Shown here: one piece after another, positions 1 to 15,000 of the stretch
How positions within the stretch are numbered: position 1 is the stretch's first letter
Layout: each line of letters opens with the position of its first letter
Assembly: GCF_964204645.1 (NCBI RefSeq)
Contig: NC_134033.1
Location: forward strand, 13,462,655 to 13,526,654
Length of the DNA: 64,000 nt
Direction: 5' to 3'
Source of the DNA: Tubulanus polymorphus
Lineage: Eukaryota; Animalia; Nemertea
The notes under the pieces: generated by a model
The model's input: only the letters and a program-made list of their open reading frames with translations
Told to the model about the DNA's origin: nothing
The model's database searches: none
Position numbers and translations under genes: made by a program

Positions 1-3000
1 CGAGGTAGACGAATCCGTTGTTAAGGTCGTATCGGTGCTCACCGAGGTCGATGTGTCTAACGTAGTTGATGTGTCAGTTGAGGATGAAGTAGACGAATCC
101 GTTGGTGATGTCGTCACGGTGCTCGCTGAGGTCGAAGTGTCTACCGTAGTTGATGTGTCAGTTGAGGATGAAGAAGACGAATCCGTTGGTGATGTCGTCA
201 CGGTGCTCGCCGAGGTCGAAGTGTCTACCGTAGTTGATGTGTCAGTTGAGGACGAAGTAGACGAATCCGTTGGTGATGTCGTCTCGGTGCTCGCCGATGT
301 TGATGTGTCCACCGTAGTGGAGGTGTCAGTCGAGGACGAAGTAGACGAATCCGTTGGTGATATCGTCTCGGTGCTCGACGAGGTCGATGTGTCTACCGTA
401 GTTGAGCTGACAGTCGAGGACGAAGTAGACAAATCCGTTGTTGAGGTCGTATCGGTACTCACCGAGGTCGATGTGTCTTCCGTAGAGGAGCTTACAGTCG
501 AGGATGAAGTAGACGAATCCGTTGGTGATATCGTATCGGTACTCGCCGAGGTCGATGTGTCTACCGTAGTGGAGCTGACAGTCGAGGATAAAGTAGACGA
601 ATCCGTTGGTGATGTCGTGTCGGTGCTCGCCGAGGTCGATGTGTCTACCGTAGTTGATGTGTCAGTCGAGGATGAAGTAGACGAATCCGTTGGAGATGTC
701 GTATCTGTGCTCACCGAGGTCGATGTGTCTACCGTAGTTGATGTGTCAGTCGAGGATGAAGTAGACGAATCCGTTGGTGATGTCGTATCGGTACTCGCCG
801 AGGTCGATGTGTCTACCGTAGTGGAGCTGACAGTGGAGGATGAAGTAGACGAATCCGTTGGTGATGTCGTCTCGGTGCTGGCCGATGTGGATGTGTCTAC
901 CGTAGTTGATATGTCTGTCGAGGATGAAGTTGACGAATCCGTTGGTGATGTCGTCTCGATGCTCGCCGATGTCGATGTGTCTACCGTAGTTGATGTGTCA
1001 GTCGAGGATGAAGTAGACGAATCCGTTGGTGATGTCGTCTCGGTGCTCGCCGATGTCGATGTGTCTACCGTAGTTGATGTGTCAGTCGAGGATGAAGTAG
1101 ACGAATCCGTTGGTGATGTCGTATCGGTGCTCACCGAGGTCGATGTGTCTACCGTAGTTGATGTGTCAGTCGAGGATGAAGTAGACGAATCCGTTGGTGA
1201 TGTCGTCTCAATGCTCGCCGATGTCGATGTGTCTACCGTAGTGGAGCTGACAGTGGAGGATGAAGTAGACGAATCCGTTGGTGATGTCGTCTCGATGCTC
1301 ACCGATGTCGATGTGTCTACCGTAGTTGATGTGTCAGTCGAGGATGAAGTAGACGAATCCGTTGGTGATGTCGTCTCGATGCTCGCCGATGTCGATGTGT
1401 CTACCGTAGTTGATGTGTCAGTCGAGGATGAAGTAGACGAATACGTTGGTGATGTCGTCTCGGTGCTCGCCGATGTCGATGTGTCTACCGTAGTTGATGT
1501 GTCAGTCGAGGATGAAGTAGACGAATCCGTTGGTGTTGTCGTCTCGGTACTCGCCGAGGTCGATGTGTCTACCGTAGAGAAGCTAACAGTCGAGGATGAA
1601 GTAGACGAATCCGTTGGTGATGTCGTGTCGGTACTCGCCGAGGTCGATGTGTCTACCGTAGTGGAGCTGACAGTGGAGGATGAAGTTGACGAATCCGTTG
1701 GTGATGTCGTCTCGGTGCTGGCCGATGTGGATGTGTCTACCGTAGTTGATATGTCTGTCGAGGATGAAGTAGACGAATCCGTTGGTGATGTCGTATCGGT
1801 ACTCGCCGAGGTCGATGTGTCTACCGTAGTGGAGCTGACAGTCGAGGATAAAGTAGACGAATCCGTTGGTGATGTCGTGTCGGTGCTCGCCGAGGTCGAT
1901 GTGTCTACCGTAGTGGAGGTGTCAGTCGAGGACGAAGTAGTCGAATCCGTTGGTGTTGTCGTTTCGGTGCTCACCGAGGTCGATGTGTCTACCGTAGTGG
2001 ATGTGTCAGTCGAGGTTGAAGTAGACGAATCCGTTGGTGATGTCGTATCGGTGCTCACCGAGGTCGATGTGTCTACCGTAGTTGATGTGTCAGTCGAGGA
2101 TGAAGTAGACGAATCCGTTGGTGATGTCGTATCGGTACTCGCCGAGGTCGATGTGTCTACCGTAGTGGAGCTGACAGTGGAGGATGAAGTAGACGAATCC
2201 GTTGGTGATGTCGTCTCGATGCTTACCGATGTCGATGTGTTTACCGTAGTTGATGTGTCAGTCGAGGATGAAGTAGACGAATCCGTTGGTGATGTCGTCT
2301 CGGTGCTCGCCGATGTGGATGTGTCTACCGTAGTTGATATGTCTGTCGAGGATGAAGTAGACGAATCCGTTGGTGATGTCGTCTCGATGCTCACCGATGT
2401 CGATGTGTCTACCGTAGTTGATGTGTCAGTCGAGGATGAAGTAGACGAATCCGTTGGTGATGTCGTCTCGGTGCTCGCCGATGTCGATGTGTCTACCGTA
2501 GTTGATGTGTCAGTCGAGGATGAAGTAGACGAATTCGTTGTTAAGGTCGTATCGGTGCTCGCCGATGTCGATGTGTCTAACGTAGTTGATGTGTCAGTTG
2601 AGGATGAAGTAGACGAATCCGTTGGTGATGTCGTCACGGTGCTCGCCGAGGTCGAAGTGTCTACCGTAGTTGATGTGTCAGTTGAGGATGAAGTAGACGA
2701 ATCCGTTGGTGATGTCGTCTCGGTGCTCGCCGATGTCGATGTGTCTACCGTAGAAGCGCTGACAGTCGAGGATGAAGTAGACGAATCCGTTGGTGATGTC
2801 GTCTCGGTGCTCGCCGATGTCGATGTGTCTACCGTAGTTGATATGTCTGTCGAGGATGAAGTAGACGAATCCGTTGGTGATGTCGTCTCGATGCTCGCCG
2901 ATGTCGATGTGTCTACCGTAGTTGATGTGTCAGTCGAGGATGAAGTAGACGAATCCGTTGGTGATGTCGTCACGGTGCTCGCCGATGTCGATGTATCTAC

Positions 3001-6000
3001 CGTAGAGGCGCTGACAGTCGAGGATGAAGTAGACGAATCCGTTGGTGATGACGTCACGGTGCTCGCCGAGGTCGATGTGTCTACCGTAGTGGAGGTGTCA
3101 GTCGAGGACGAAGTCGACGAATCCGTTGTAAAGGTCGTATCGGTGCTCACCGATGTCGATGTATCTATCGTAGTGGAGGTGTCAGTCGAGGATGAAGTAG
3201 ACGAATCCGTTGGTGATGTCGTATCGGTGCTCACCGAGGTCGATGTGTCTACCGTAGTTGATGTGTCAGTCGAGGATGAAGTAGACGAATCCGTTGGTGA
3301 TGTCGTCACGGTACTCGCCGAGGTCGATGTGTCTACCGTAGTGGAGGTGTCAGGCGAGGACGAAGACGACGAATCCGTTGTAAAGGTCGTATCGGTGCTC
3401 ACCGATGTCGATGTATCTATCGTAGTGGAGGTGTCAGTCGAGGATGAAGTAGACGAATCCGTTGGTGATGTCGTATCGGTACTCGCCGAGGTCGATGTGT
3501 CTACCGTAGTGGAGCTGACAGTGGAGGATGAAGTAGACGAATCCGTTGGTGATGTCGTCTCGATGCTCACCGATGTCGATGTGTCTACCGTAGTTGATGT
3601 GTCAGTCGAGGATGAAGTAGACGAATCCGTTGGTGATGTCGTCACGGTGCTCGCCGATATCGATGTGTCTACCGTAGTTGATGTGTCAGTCGAGGATGAA
3701 GTAGATGAATCCGTCGGTGTTGTCGTCACGGTGCTCGCCGAGGTCGAAGTGTCTACCGTAGTTGATGTGTCAGTTGAGGATGAAGTAGACGAATCCGTTG
3801 GTGATGTCGTATCGGTGCTCACCGAGGTCGATGTGTCTATCGTAGTGGAGGTGTCAGTCGAGGACGAGGTAGACGAATCCGTTGTTAAGGTCGTATCGGT
3901 GCTCGCCGAGGTCGATGTGTCTACCGTAGTTGATGTGTCAGTTGAGGATGAAGTAGACGAATCCGTTGGTGATGTCATCACGGTTCTCGCCGAGGTCGAA
4001 GTGTCTACCGTAGTTGATGTGTCAGTTGAGAATGAAGTAGACGAATCCGTTGGTGATGTCGTCTCGGTGCTCGCCGATGTCGATATGTCTACCGTAGAGG
4101 CGCTGACAGTCGAGGATGAAGTAGACGAATCCGTTGGTGATGTCGTCTCGGTGCTCGCCGATGTCGATGTGTCTACCGTAGTTGATATGTCTGTCGAGGA
4201 TGAAGTAGACGAATCCGTTGGTGATGTCGTCTCGGTGCTCGCCGATGTCGATGTGTCTACCGTAGTTGAGCTGACAGTCGAGGACGAAGTAGACAAATCC
4301 GTTGTTGAGGTCGTATCGGTACTCACCGAGGTCGATGTGTCTACCGTAGTGGAGGTGTCAGTCGAGGATGAAGTAGACGAATCCGTTGGTGATGTCGTCT
4401 CGGTGCTCGCCGATGTTGATGTGTCCACCGTAGTGGAGGTGTCAGTCGAGGACGAAGTAGACGAATCCGTTGGTGATGTCGTCTCGGTGCTCGACGAGGT
4501 CGATGTGTCTACCGTAGTTGAGCTGACAGTCGAGGACGAAGTAGACGAATCCGCTGTTGAGGTCGTATCGGTACTCACCGAGGTCGATGTGTCTACCGTA
4601 GTGGAGGTGTCAGTCGAGGATGAAGTAGACGAATCCGTTGGTGATGCCGTCACGGTACTCGCCGAGGTCGATGTGTCTACCGAAGAGGAGCTTACAGTCG
4701 AGGATGAAGTCGACGAATCCGTTGGTGTTGTCGTCTCAGTGCTCACCGAGGTCGATGTGTCTACCGTAGTTGATGTGTCAGTCGAGGATGAAGTAGACGA
4801 ATCCGTTGGTGATGTCGTCTCGGTGCTAGCCGATGTCGATGTGTCTACCGTAGTGGAGCTGACAGTCGAGGATGAAGTAGACGAATCCGTTGGTGATGTC
4901 GTCTCGGTACTCGCCGATGTTGATGTGTCCACCGTAGTGGAGGTTTCAGTCGAGGACGAAGTAGACGAATCCGTTGGTGATGTCGTATCGGTACTCGCCG
5001 AGGTCGATGTGTCTACCGTAGTGGAGCTGACAGTGGAGGAAGAAGTAGACGAATCCGTTGTTAAGGTCGTATCGGTACTCGCCGAGGTCGATGTGTCTAC
5101 CGTAGTGGAGCTGACAGTCGAGGATGAAGTAGACGAATCCGTTGGTGATGTCGTATCGGTACTCGCCGAGGTCGATGTGTCTACCGTAGTGGAGCTGACA
5201 GTGGAGGAAGAAGTAGACGAATCCGTTGTTAAGGTCGTATCGGTACTCGCCGAGGTCGATGTGTCTACCGTAGTGGAGCTGACAGTCGAGGAAGAAGTAG
5301 ACGAATCCGTTGTTAAGGTCGTATCGGTACTCGCCGAGGTCGATGTGTCTACCGTAGTGGAGCTGACAGTCGAGGATGAAGTAGACGAATCCGTTGGTGT
5401 TGTCGACTCGGTACTCACCGAGGTCGATGTGTCTACCGTAGTTGATGTGTCAGTCGAGGATGAAGTAGACGAATCCGTTGGTGATGTCGTCTCGGTGCTC
5501 GCCGATGTCGATGTGTCTACCGTAGTTGATGTGTCAGTCGAGGATGAAGTAGACGAATCCGTTGGTGATGTCGTCTCGATGCTCGCCGATGTCGATGTGT
5601 CTACCGTAGTTGATGTGTCAGTCGAGGATGAAGTAGACGAATCCGTTGGTGATGTCGTCTCGGTGCTCGCCGATGTCGATGTGTCTACCGTAGTTGATGT
5701 GTCAGTCGAGGATGAAGTAGACGAATCCGTTGGTGATGTCGTATCGGTGCTCACCGAGGTCGATGTGTCTATCGTAGTGGAGGTGTCAGTCGAGGACGTG
5801 GTAGACGAATCCGTTGTTAAGGTCGTATCGGTGCTCGCCGAGGTCGATGTGTCTACCGTAGTTGATGTGTCAGTCGAGGATGAAGTAGACGAATCCGTTG
5901 GTGATGTCGTCACGGTGCTCGCCGAGGTCGAAGTGTCTACCGTAGTTGATTTGTCAGTTGAGGATGAAGTAGACGAATCCGTTGGTGATGTCGTCTCGGT

Positions 6001-9000
6001 GCTCGCCGATGTCGATGTGTCTACCGTAGAGGCGCTGACAGTCGAGGATGAAGTAGACGAATCCGTTGGTGATGTCGTCTCGGTGCTCGCCGATGTCGAT
6101 GTGTCTACCGTAGTTGATATGTCTGTCGAGGATGAAGTAGACGAATCCGTTGGTGATGTCGTCTCGATGCTCGCCAATGTCGATGTGTCTACCGTAGTTG
6201 ATGTGTCAGTCGAGGATGAAGTAGACGAATCCGTTGGTGATGTCGTCTCGGTGCTCGCCGATGTCGATGTGTCTACCGTAGTTGATGTGTCAGTCGAGGA
6301 TGAAGTAGACGAATCCGTTGGTGATGTCGTCTCGGTGCTCGCCGATGTCGATGTGTCTACCGTAGTTGATATGTCTGTCGAGGATGAAGTAGACGAATCT
6401 GTTGGTGATGTCGTCTCGGTGCTCGCCGATGTCGATGTGTCTACCGTAGTTGATGTGTCAGTTGAGGATGAAGTAGACGAATCTGTTGGTGATGTCGTAT
6501 CGGTGCTCACCGAGGTCGATGTGTCTATCGTAGTGGAGGTGTCAGTCGAGGACGAGGTAGACGAATCCGTTGTTAAGGTCGTATCGGTGCTCGCCGAGAT
6601 CGATGTGTCTACCGTAGTGGAGGTGTCAGTCGAGGATGAAGTAGACGAATCCGTTGGTGATGTCGTCTCGGTGCTCGCCGATGTTGATGTGTCCACCGTA
6701 GTGGAGGTTTCAGTCGAGGACGAAGTAGACGAATCCGTTGTTGAGGTCGTATCGGTACTCACCGAGGTCGATGTGTCTACCGTAGACGAGCTGACAGTCG
6801 AGGATGAAGTAGACGAATCCGTTGGTGGTGTCGTATCGGTACTCGCCGAGGTCGATGTGTCTACCGTAGTGGAGCTGACAGTCGAGGATGAAGTAGACGA
6901 ATCCGTTGGTGATGTCGTATCGGTACTCGCCGAGGTCGATGTGTCTACCGTAGTGGAGCTGACAGTCGTGGATGTAGTCGACGAATCCGTTGGTGTTGTC
7001 GTATCGGTACTCGCCGAGGTCGATGTGTCTGCCGTAGAGGAGCTTACAGTCGAGGATGAAGTCGACGAATCCGTTGGTGATGTCGTATCGGTGCTCGCCG
7101 AGGTCGATGTGTCTACCGTAGTGGAGGTGTCAGTCGGGGACGAAGTCGACGAATCCGTTGGTGATGTCGTCTCGATGCTCGACGATGTAGATGTGTCTAC
7201 CGTAGTAGAGGTGTCAGTCGTGGACGAAGTAGACGAATCCGTTGGTGATGTCGTCTCGATGCTCGACGATGTAGATGTCTCTACCGTAGTAGAGGTGTCA
7301 GTCGTGGATGAAGTAGACGAATCCGTTGGTGATGTCGTCTCGGTGCTCGCCGATGTCGATGTGTCTACCGTAGTTGATGTGTCAGTCGAGGATGAAGTAG
7401 ACGAATCCGTTGGTGATGTCGTATCGGTGCTCACCGAGGTCGATGTGTCTATCGTAGTGGAGGTGTCAGTCGAGGACGTGGTAGACGAATCCGTTGTTAA
7501 GGTCGTATCGGTGCTCGCCGAGGTCGATGTGTCTACCGTAGTTGATGTGTCAGTCGAGGATGAAGTAGACGAATCCGTTGGTGATGTCGTCACGGTGCTC
7601 GCCGAGGTCGAAGTGTCTACCGTAGTTGATTTGTCAGTTGAGGATGAAGTAGACGAATCCGTTGGTGATGTCGTCTCGGTGCTCGCCGATGTCGATGTGT
7701 CTACCGTAGAGGCGCTGACAGTCGAGGATGAAGTAGACGAATCCGTTGGTGATGTCGTCTCGGTGCTCGCCGATGTCGATGTGTCTACCGTAGTTGATAT
7801 GTCTGTCGAGGATGAAGTAGACGAATCCGTTGGTGATGTCGTCTCGATGCTCGCCAATGTCGATGTGTCTACCGTAGTTGATGTGTCAGTCGAGGATGAA
7901 GTAGACGAATCCGTTGGTGATGTCGTCTCGGTGCTCGCCGATGTCGATGTGTCTACCGTAGTTGATGTGTCAGTCGAGGATGAAGTAGACGGATCCGTTG
8001 GTGATGTCGTCTCGGTGCTCGCCGATGTCGATGTGTCTACCGTAGTTGATATGTCTGTCGAGGATGAAGTAGACGAATCTGTTGGTGATGTCGTCTCGGT
8101 GCTCGCCGATGTCGATGTGTCTACCGTAGTTGATGTGTCAGTTGAGGATGAAGTAGACGAATCCGTTGGTGATGTCGTATCGGTGCTCACCGAGGTCGAT
8201 GTGTCTATCGTAGTGGAGGTGTCAGTCGAGGACGAGGTAGACGAATCCGTTGTTAAGGTCGTATCGGTGCTCGCCGAGATCGATGTGTCTACCGTAGTGG
8301 AGGTGTCAGTCGAGGATGAAGTAGACGAATCCGTTGGTGATGTCGTCTCGGTGCTCGCCGATGTTGATGTGTCCACCGTAGTGGAGGTTTCAGTCGAGGA
8401 CGAAGTAGACGAATCCGTTGTTGAGGTCGTATCGGTACTCACCGAGGTCGATGTGTCTACCGTAGTTGATGTGTCAGTCGAGGATGAAGTAGACGAATCC
8501 GTTGGTGATGTCGTATCGGTACTCGCCGAGGTCGATGTGTCTACCGTAGTGGAGCTGACAGTCGTGGATGTAGTCGACGAATCCGTTGGTGTTGTCGTAT
8601 CGGTACTCGCCGAGGTCGATGTGTCTGCCGTAGAGGAGCTTACAGTCGAGGATGAAGTCGACGAATCCGTTGGTGATGTCGTATCGGTGCTCGCCGAGGT
8701 CGATGTGTCTACCGTAGTGGAGGTGTCAGTCGGGGACGAAGTCGACGAATCCGTTGGTGATGTCGTCTCGATGCTCGACGATGTAGATGTGTCTACCGTA
8801 GTAGAGGTGTCAGTCGTGGACGAAGTAGACGAATCCGTTGGTGATGTCGTCTCGATGCTCGACGATGTAGATGTCTCTACCGTAGTAGAGGTGTCAGTCG
8901 TGGACGAAGTAGACGAATCCGTTGGTGATGTCGTCTCGGTGCTCGACGAGGTCGATGTGTCTACCGTAGTGGATATGTCAGTCGAGGAAGAAGTAGACGA

Positions 9001-12000
9001 ATCCGTTGTTAAGGTCGTATCGGTACTCGCCGAGGTCGATGTGTCTACCGTAGTGGAGCTGACAGTCGAGGATGAAGTCGACGAATCCGTTGGTGTTGAC
9101 GTCTTGGTGCTCACCGAGGTCGATGTGTCTATCGTAGTGGATGTGTCAGTCGAGGATGCAGTAGACGAATCTGTTGGTGATGTCGTATCGGTACTTGCCG
9201 AGGTCGATGTGTCTACCGTAGTGGAGCTGACAGTCGAGGATGAAGTAGACGAATCCGTTGGTGTTGTCGTCTCGGTGCTCACCGAGGTCGATGTGTCTAC
9301 CGTAGTTGATGTGTCAGTCGAGGACGAAGTAGACGAATCCGTTGGTGATGTCGTATCGGTACTCGCCGAGGTCGATGTGTCTACCGTAGTGGAGGTGTCA
9401 GTCGAGTACGAAGTAGACGAATCCGTTGGTGATGTCGTATCGGTACTCGCCGATGTTGATGTGTCCACCGTAGTGGAGGTGTCAGTCGAGGACGAAGTTG
9501 ACGAATCCGTTGGTGATGTCGTCTCGGCGCTCGCCGATGTTGATGTGTCCACCGTAGTGGAGGTGTCAGTCGAGGACGAAGTAGACGAATCCGTTGCTGA
9601 TTTCGTCTCGGTGCTCGACGAGGTCGATGTGTCTACCGTAGTTGAGCTGACAGTCGAGGACAAAGTAGACGAATCCGTCGGTGATGTCGTGTCGGTGTTC
9701 GCCGAGGTCGATGTGTCTACCGTAGTGGAGCTGACAGTCGAGGATGTAGTCGACGAATCCGTTGGTGTTGTCGTATCGGTACTCGCCGAGGTCGATGTGT
9801 CTACCGTAGAGGAGCTTACAGTCGAAGATGAAGTCGACGAATCCGTTGGTGTTGTCGTCTCGGTGCTCACCGAGGTCGATGTGTCTACCGTAGTTGATGT
9901 GTCAGTCGAGGATGAAGTAGACGAATCCGTTGGTGATGTCGTCTCGCTGCTCGCCGATGTCGATGTGTCTACCGTAGTTGATATGTCTGTCGAGGATGAA
10001 GTAGACGAATCCGTTGGTGATGTCGTCTCGGTGCTCGCCGATGTCGATGTGTCTACCGTAGTTGATGTGTCAGTTGAGGATGAAGTAGACGAATCCGTTG
10101 GTGATGTCGTCTCGGTGCTCGCCGATGTCGATGTGTCTACCGTAGTTGATGTGTCAGTCGAGGATGAAGTAGACGAATCCGTTGGTGATGTCGTCTCGCT
10201 GCTCGCCGATGTCGATGTGTCTACCGTAGTTGATATGTCTGTCGAGGATGAAGTAGACGAATCCGTTGGTGATGTCGTATCGGTGCTCACCGAGGTCGAT
10301 GTGTCTATCGTAGTGGAGGTGTCAGTCGAGGACGAGGTAGACGAATCCGTTGTTAAGGTCGTATCGGTGCTCGCCGAGGTCGATGTGTCTACCGTAGTGG
10401 AGGTGTCAGTCGAGGACGAAGTAGACGAATCGGTTGGTGATGTCGTCTCGGTGCTCGTCGATGTTGATTTGTCCACCGTAGTGGAGGTGTCAGTCGAGGA
10501 CGAAGTAGACGAATCCGTTGGTGATGTCGTCTCGGTGCTCGACGAGGTCGATGTGTCTACCGTAGTTGAGCTGACAGTCGAGGACGAAGTTGGTGTTGTC
10601 GTCTCGGTGCTCACCGAGGTCGATGTGTCTACCGTAGTGGAGGTATCAGTCGAGGACGAAGTAGACGAATCCGTTGGTGATGTCGTCTCGGTGCTCGCCG
10701 ATGTCGATGTATCTACCGTAGAGGCGCTGACAGTTGAGGATGAAGTAGACGAATCCGTTGGTGATGTCGTATCGGTACTCGCCGAGGTCGATGTGTCTAC
10801 TGTAGTGGAGGTGTCAGTCGAGGACGAAGTCGACGAATCCGTTGTAAAGGTCGTATCGGTGCTCACCGATGTCGATGTATCTATCGTAGTGGAGGTGTCA
10901 GTCGAGGATGAAGTAGACGAATCCGTTGGTGATGTCGTCTCGATGCTCGCCAATGTCGATGTGTCTACCGTAGTTGATGTGTCAGTCGAGGATGAAGTAG
11001 ACGAATCCGTTGGTGATGTCGTCACGGTGCTCGCCGAAGTCGATGTATCTACCGTAGAGGCGCTGACAGTCGAGGATGAAGTAGACGAATCCGTTGGTGA
11101 TGTCGTCACGGTGCTCGCCGAGGTCGATGTGTCTACCGTAGAGGAGCTTACAGTCGAGGATGAAGTCGACGAATCCATTGGTGTTGTCGTCTCAGTGCTC
11201 ACCGAGGTCGATGTGTCTACCGTAGTTGATGTGTCAGTCGAGGATGAAGTAGACGAATCCGTTGGTGATGTCGTCTCGGTGCTAGCCGATGTCGATGTGT
11301 CTACCGTAGTGGAGCTGACAGTCGAGGATGAAGTCGACGAATCCGTTGGTGTTGTCGTCTCAGTGCTCGCCGAAGTCGATGTGTCTACCGTAGTTGATGT
11401 GTCAGTTGAGGATGAAGTAGACGAATCCGTTGGTGATGTCGTCACGGTGCTCGCCGAGGTCGAAGTGTCTACCGTAGTTGATGTGTCAGATGAGGATGAA
11501 GTAGACGAATCCGTTGGTGATGTCGTCTCGGTGCTCGCCGATGTCGATGTGTCTACCGTAGAGGCGCTGACAGTCGAGGATGAAGTAGACGACTCCGTTA
11601 GTGATGTCGTCTCGGTGCTCGCCGATGTCGATGTGTCTACCGTAGAGGCGCTGACAGTCGAGGATGAAGTAGACGAATCCGTTGGTGATGTCGTCTCGGT
11701 GCTCACCGAGGTCGATGTGTCTACCGTAGTTGATGTGTCAGTCGAGGATGAAGTAGACGAATCCGTTGGTGATGTCGTCTCGGTGCTAGCCGAGGTCGAT
11801 GTGTCTACCGTAGTGGAGCTGACAGTCGAGGATGAAGTAGACGAATCCGTTGGTGATGTCGTCCAGGTGCTCGCCGAGGTCGATGTGTCTACCGTAGTGG
11901 AGGTGTCAGTCGAGGACGAAGTCGACGAATCCGTTGTTAAGGTCGTATCGGTGCTCACCGAGGTCGATGTGTCTATCGTAGTGGAGGTGTCAGTCGAGGA

Positions 12001-15000
12001 CGAGGTAGACGAATCCGTTGTAAAGGTCGTATCGGTGCTCGCCGAGGTCGATGTGTCTATCGTAGTTGATGTGTCAGTCGAGGATGCAGTAGACGAATCC
12101 GTTGGTGATGTCGTCTCGGTGCTAGCCGATGTCGATGTGTCTACCGTAGTGGAGCTGACAGTCGAGGATGAAGTAGACGAATCCGTTGGTGATGTCGTAT
12201 CGGTGCTCGCAGAGGTCGATGTGTCTACCTTAGTGGAGATGTCAGTCGAGGACGAAGTAGACGAATCCGTTGGTGATGTCGTCTCGGTACTCGCCGATGT
12301 TGATGTGTCCACCGTAGTGGAGGTTTCAGTCGAGGACGAAGTAGACGAATCCGTTGTTGAGGTCGTATCGGTACTCACCGAGGTCGATGTGTCTACCGTA
12401 GTGGAGCTGACAGTCGGGGACGGAGTAGACGAATCCGTTGCTGATGTCGTCTCGATGCTCGACGATGTAGTTGTGTCTACCGTAGTAGAGGTGTCAGTCG
12501 TGGACGAAGTAGACGAATCCGTTGGTGATGTCGTATCGGTGCTCGCCGAGGTCGATGTGTCTACCGTAGTGGAGGTGTCAGTCGAAGATGAAGTAGACGA
12601 ATCCGTTGCTGATGTCGTCTCGGTGCTCACCGATGTCGATGTGTCTACCGTAGTGGTGTCAGTCGAGGACGAAGTAGACGAATCGGTTGGTGATGTCGTC
12701 ACGGTGCTCGACGAGGTAGATGTGTCTACCGAATTTGAGCTGACAGTCGAGGACGTAGTAGACAAATCCGTTGTTAAGGTCGTATTCGCCGAGGTCGATG
12801 TGTCTACCGTAGAGGAGCTTACAGTCGAGGATGAAGTCGACGAATCCGTTGGTGTTGTCGTCTCGGTGCTCACCGAGGTCGATGTGTCTACCGTAGTGGA
12901 GGTATCAGTCGAGGACGAAGTAGACGAATCCGTTGGTGTTGTCGTCTCGGTGCTCACCGTGGTCGATGTGTCTACCGTAGTGGATGTGTCAGTCGTGGAT
13001 GAAGTAGACGAATCCGTTGGTGATGTCGTATCGGTACTCGCCGAGGTCGATGTGTCTACTGTAGTGGAGCTGACAGTCGAGGATGAAGTCGACGAATCCG
13101 TTGGTGTTGTCGTCTCGGTGCTCACCGAGGTCGATGTGTCTACCGTAGTTGATGTGTCAGTCGAAGACGAAGTAGACGAATCTGTTGGTGATGTCGTATC
13201 GGTACTCGCCGAGGTCGATGTGTCTACCGTAGTGGAGCTGACAGTCGAGGATGAAGTCGACGAATCCGTTGGTGTTGTCGTCTCGGTGCTCACCGAGGTC
13301 GATGTGTCTACCGTAGTTGATGTGTCAGTCGAGGATGAAGTAGACGAATCCGTTGGTGATGTCGTCTCGGTGCTAGCCGATGTCGATGTGTCTACCGTAG
13401 TGGAGCTGACAGTCGAGGATGAAGTAGACGAGTCCGTTGGTGATGTCGTCCAGGTGCTCGCCGAGGTCGATGTGTCTACCGTAGTGGAGGTGTCAGTCGA
13501 GGACGAAGTCGACGAATCCGTTGTTAAGGTCGTATCGGTGCTCACCGAGGTCGATGTGTCTACCGTAGTTGATGTGTCAGTCGAGGATGAAGTAGACGAA
13601 TCCGTTGGTGATGTCGTCTCGGTGCTCGCCGATGTCGATGTGTCTACCGTAGAGGCGCTGACAGTCGAGGATGAAGTAGACGAATCCGTTGGTGATGTCG
13701 TCTCAGTGCTCACCGAGGTCGATGTGTCTACCGTAGTTGATGTGTCAGTCGAGGATGAAGTAGACGAATCCGTTGGTGATGTCGTCTCGGTGCTAGCCGA
13801 TGTCGATGTGTCTACCGTAGTGGAGCTGACAGTCGAGGATGAAGTAGACGAATCCGTTGGTGATGTCGTCCAGGTGCTCGCCGAGGTCGATGTGTCTACC
13901 GTAGTGGAGGTGTCAGTCGAGGACGAAGTCGACGAATCCGTTGTTAAGGTCGTATCGGTGCTCACCGAGGTCGATGTGTCTATCGTAGTGGAGGTGTCAG
14001 TCGAGGACGAGGTAGACGAATCCGTTGTAAAGGTCGTATCGGTGCTCGCCGAGGTCGATGTGTCTATCGTAGTGGATGTGTCAGTCGAGGATGCAGTAGA
14101 CGAATCCGTTGGTGATGTCGTATCGGTACTCGCCGAGGACGATGTGTCTACCGTAGTGGAGCTGACAGTCGAGGATGAAGTAGACGAATCCGTTGTAAAG
14201 GTCGTATCGGTGCTCGCCGAGGTCGATGTGTCTACCGTAGTGGAGCTGACAGTCAAGGATGAAGTGGACGAATCCGTTGGTGATGTCGTGTCGGTGCTCG
14301 CCGAGGTCGATGTGTCTACCGTAGTGGAGCTGACAGTCGGGGACGAAGTAGACGAATCCGTTGCTGATGTCGTCTCGATGCTCGACGATGTAGATGTGTC
14401 TACCGTAGTAGAGGTGTCAGTCGTGGACGAAGTAGACGAATCCGTTGGTGATGTCGTATCGGTACTCGCCGAGGTCGATGTGTGTACCGTAGTGGAGCTG
14501 ACAGTCGAGGATGTAGTCGACGAATCCGTTGGTGTTGTCGTATCGGTACTCGCCGAGGTCGATGTGTCTACCGTAGAGGAGCTTACAGTCGAGGATGAAG
14601 TCGACGAATGCGTTGGTGTTGTCGTCTCAGTGCTCACCGAGGTCGATGTGTCTACCGTAGTTGATGTGTCAGTCGAGGATGAAGTAGACGAATCCGTTGG
14701 TGATGTCGTCTCGGTGCTAGCCGATGTCGATGTGTCTACTGTAGTGGAGCTGACAGTCGAGGATGAAGTAGACGAATCCGTTGGTGATGTCGTATCGGTG
14801 CTCGCAGAGGTCGATGTGTCTACCGTAGTGGAGGTGTCAGTCGAGGACGAAGTAGACGAATCCGTTGGTGATGTCGTCTCGGTACTCGCCGATGTTGATG
14901 TGTCCACCGTAGTGGAGGTTTCAGTCGAGGACGAAGTAGACGAATCCGTTGTTGAGGTCGTATCGGTACTCACCGAGGTCGATGTGTCTACCGTAGACGA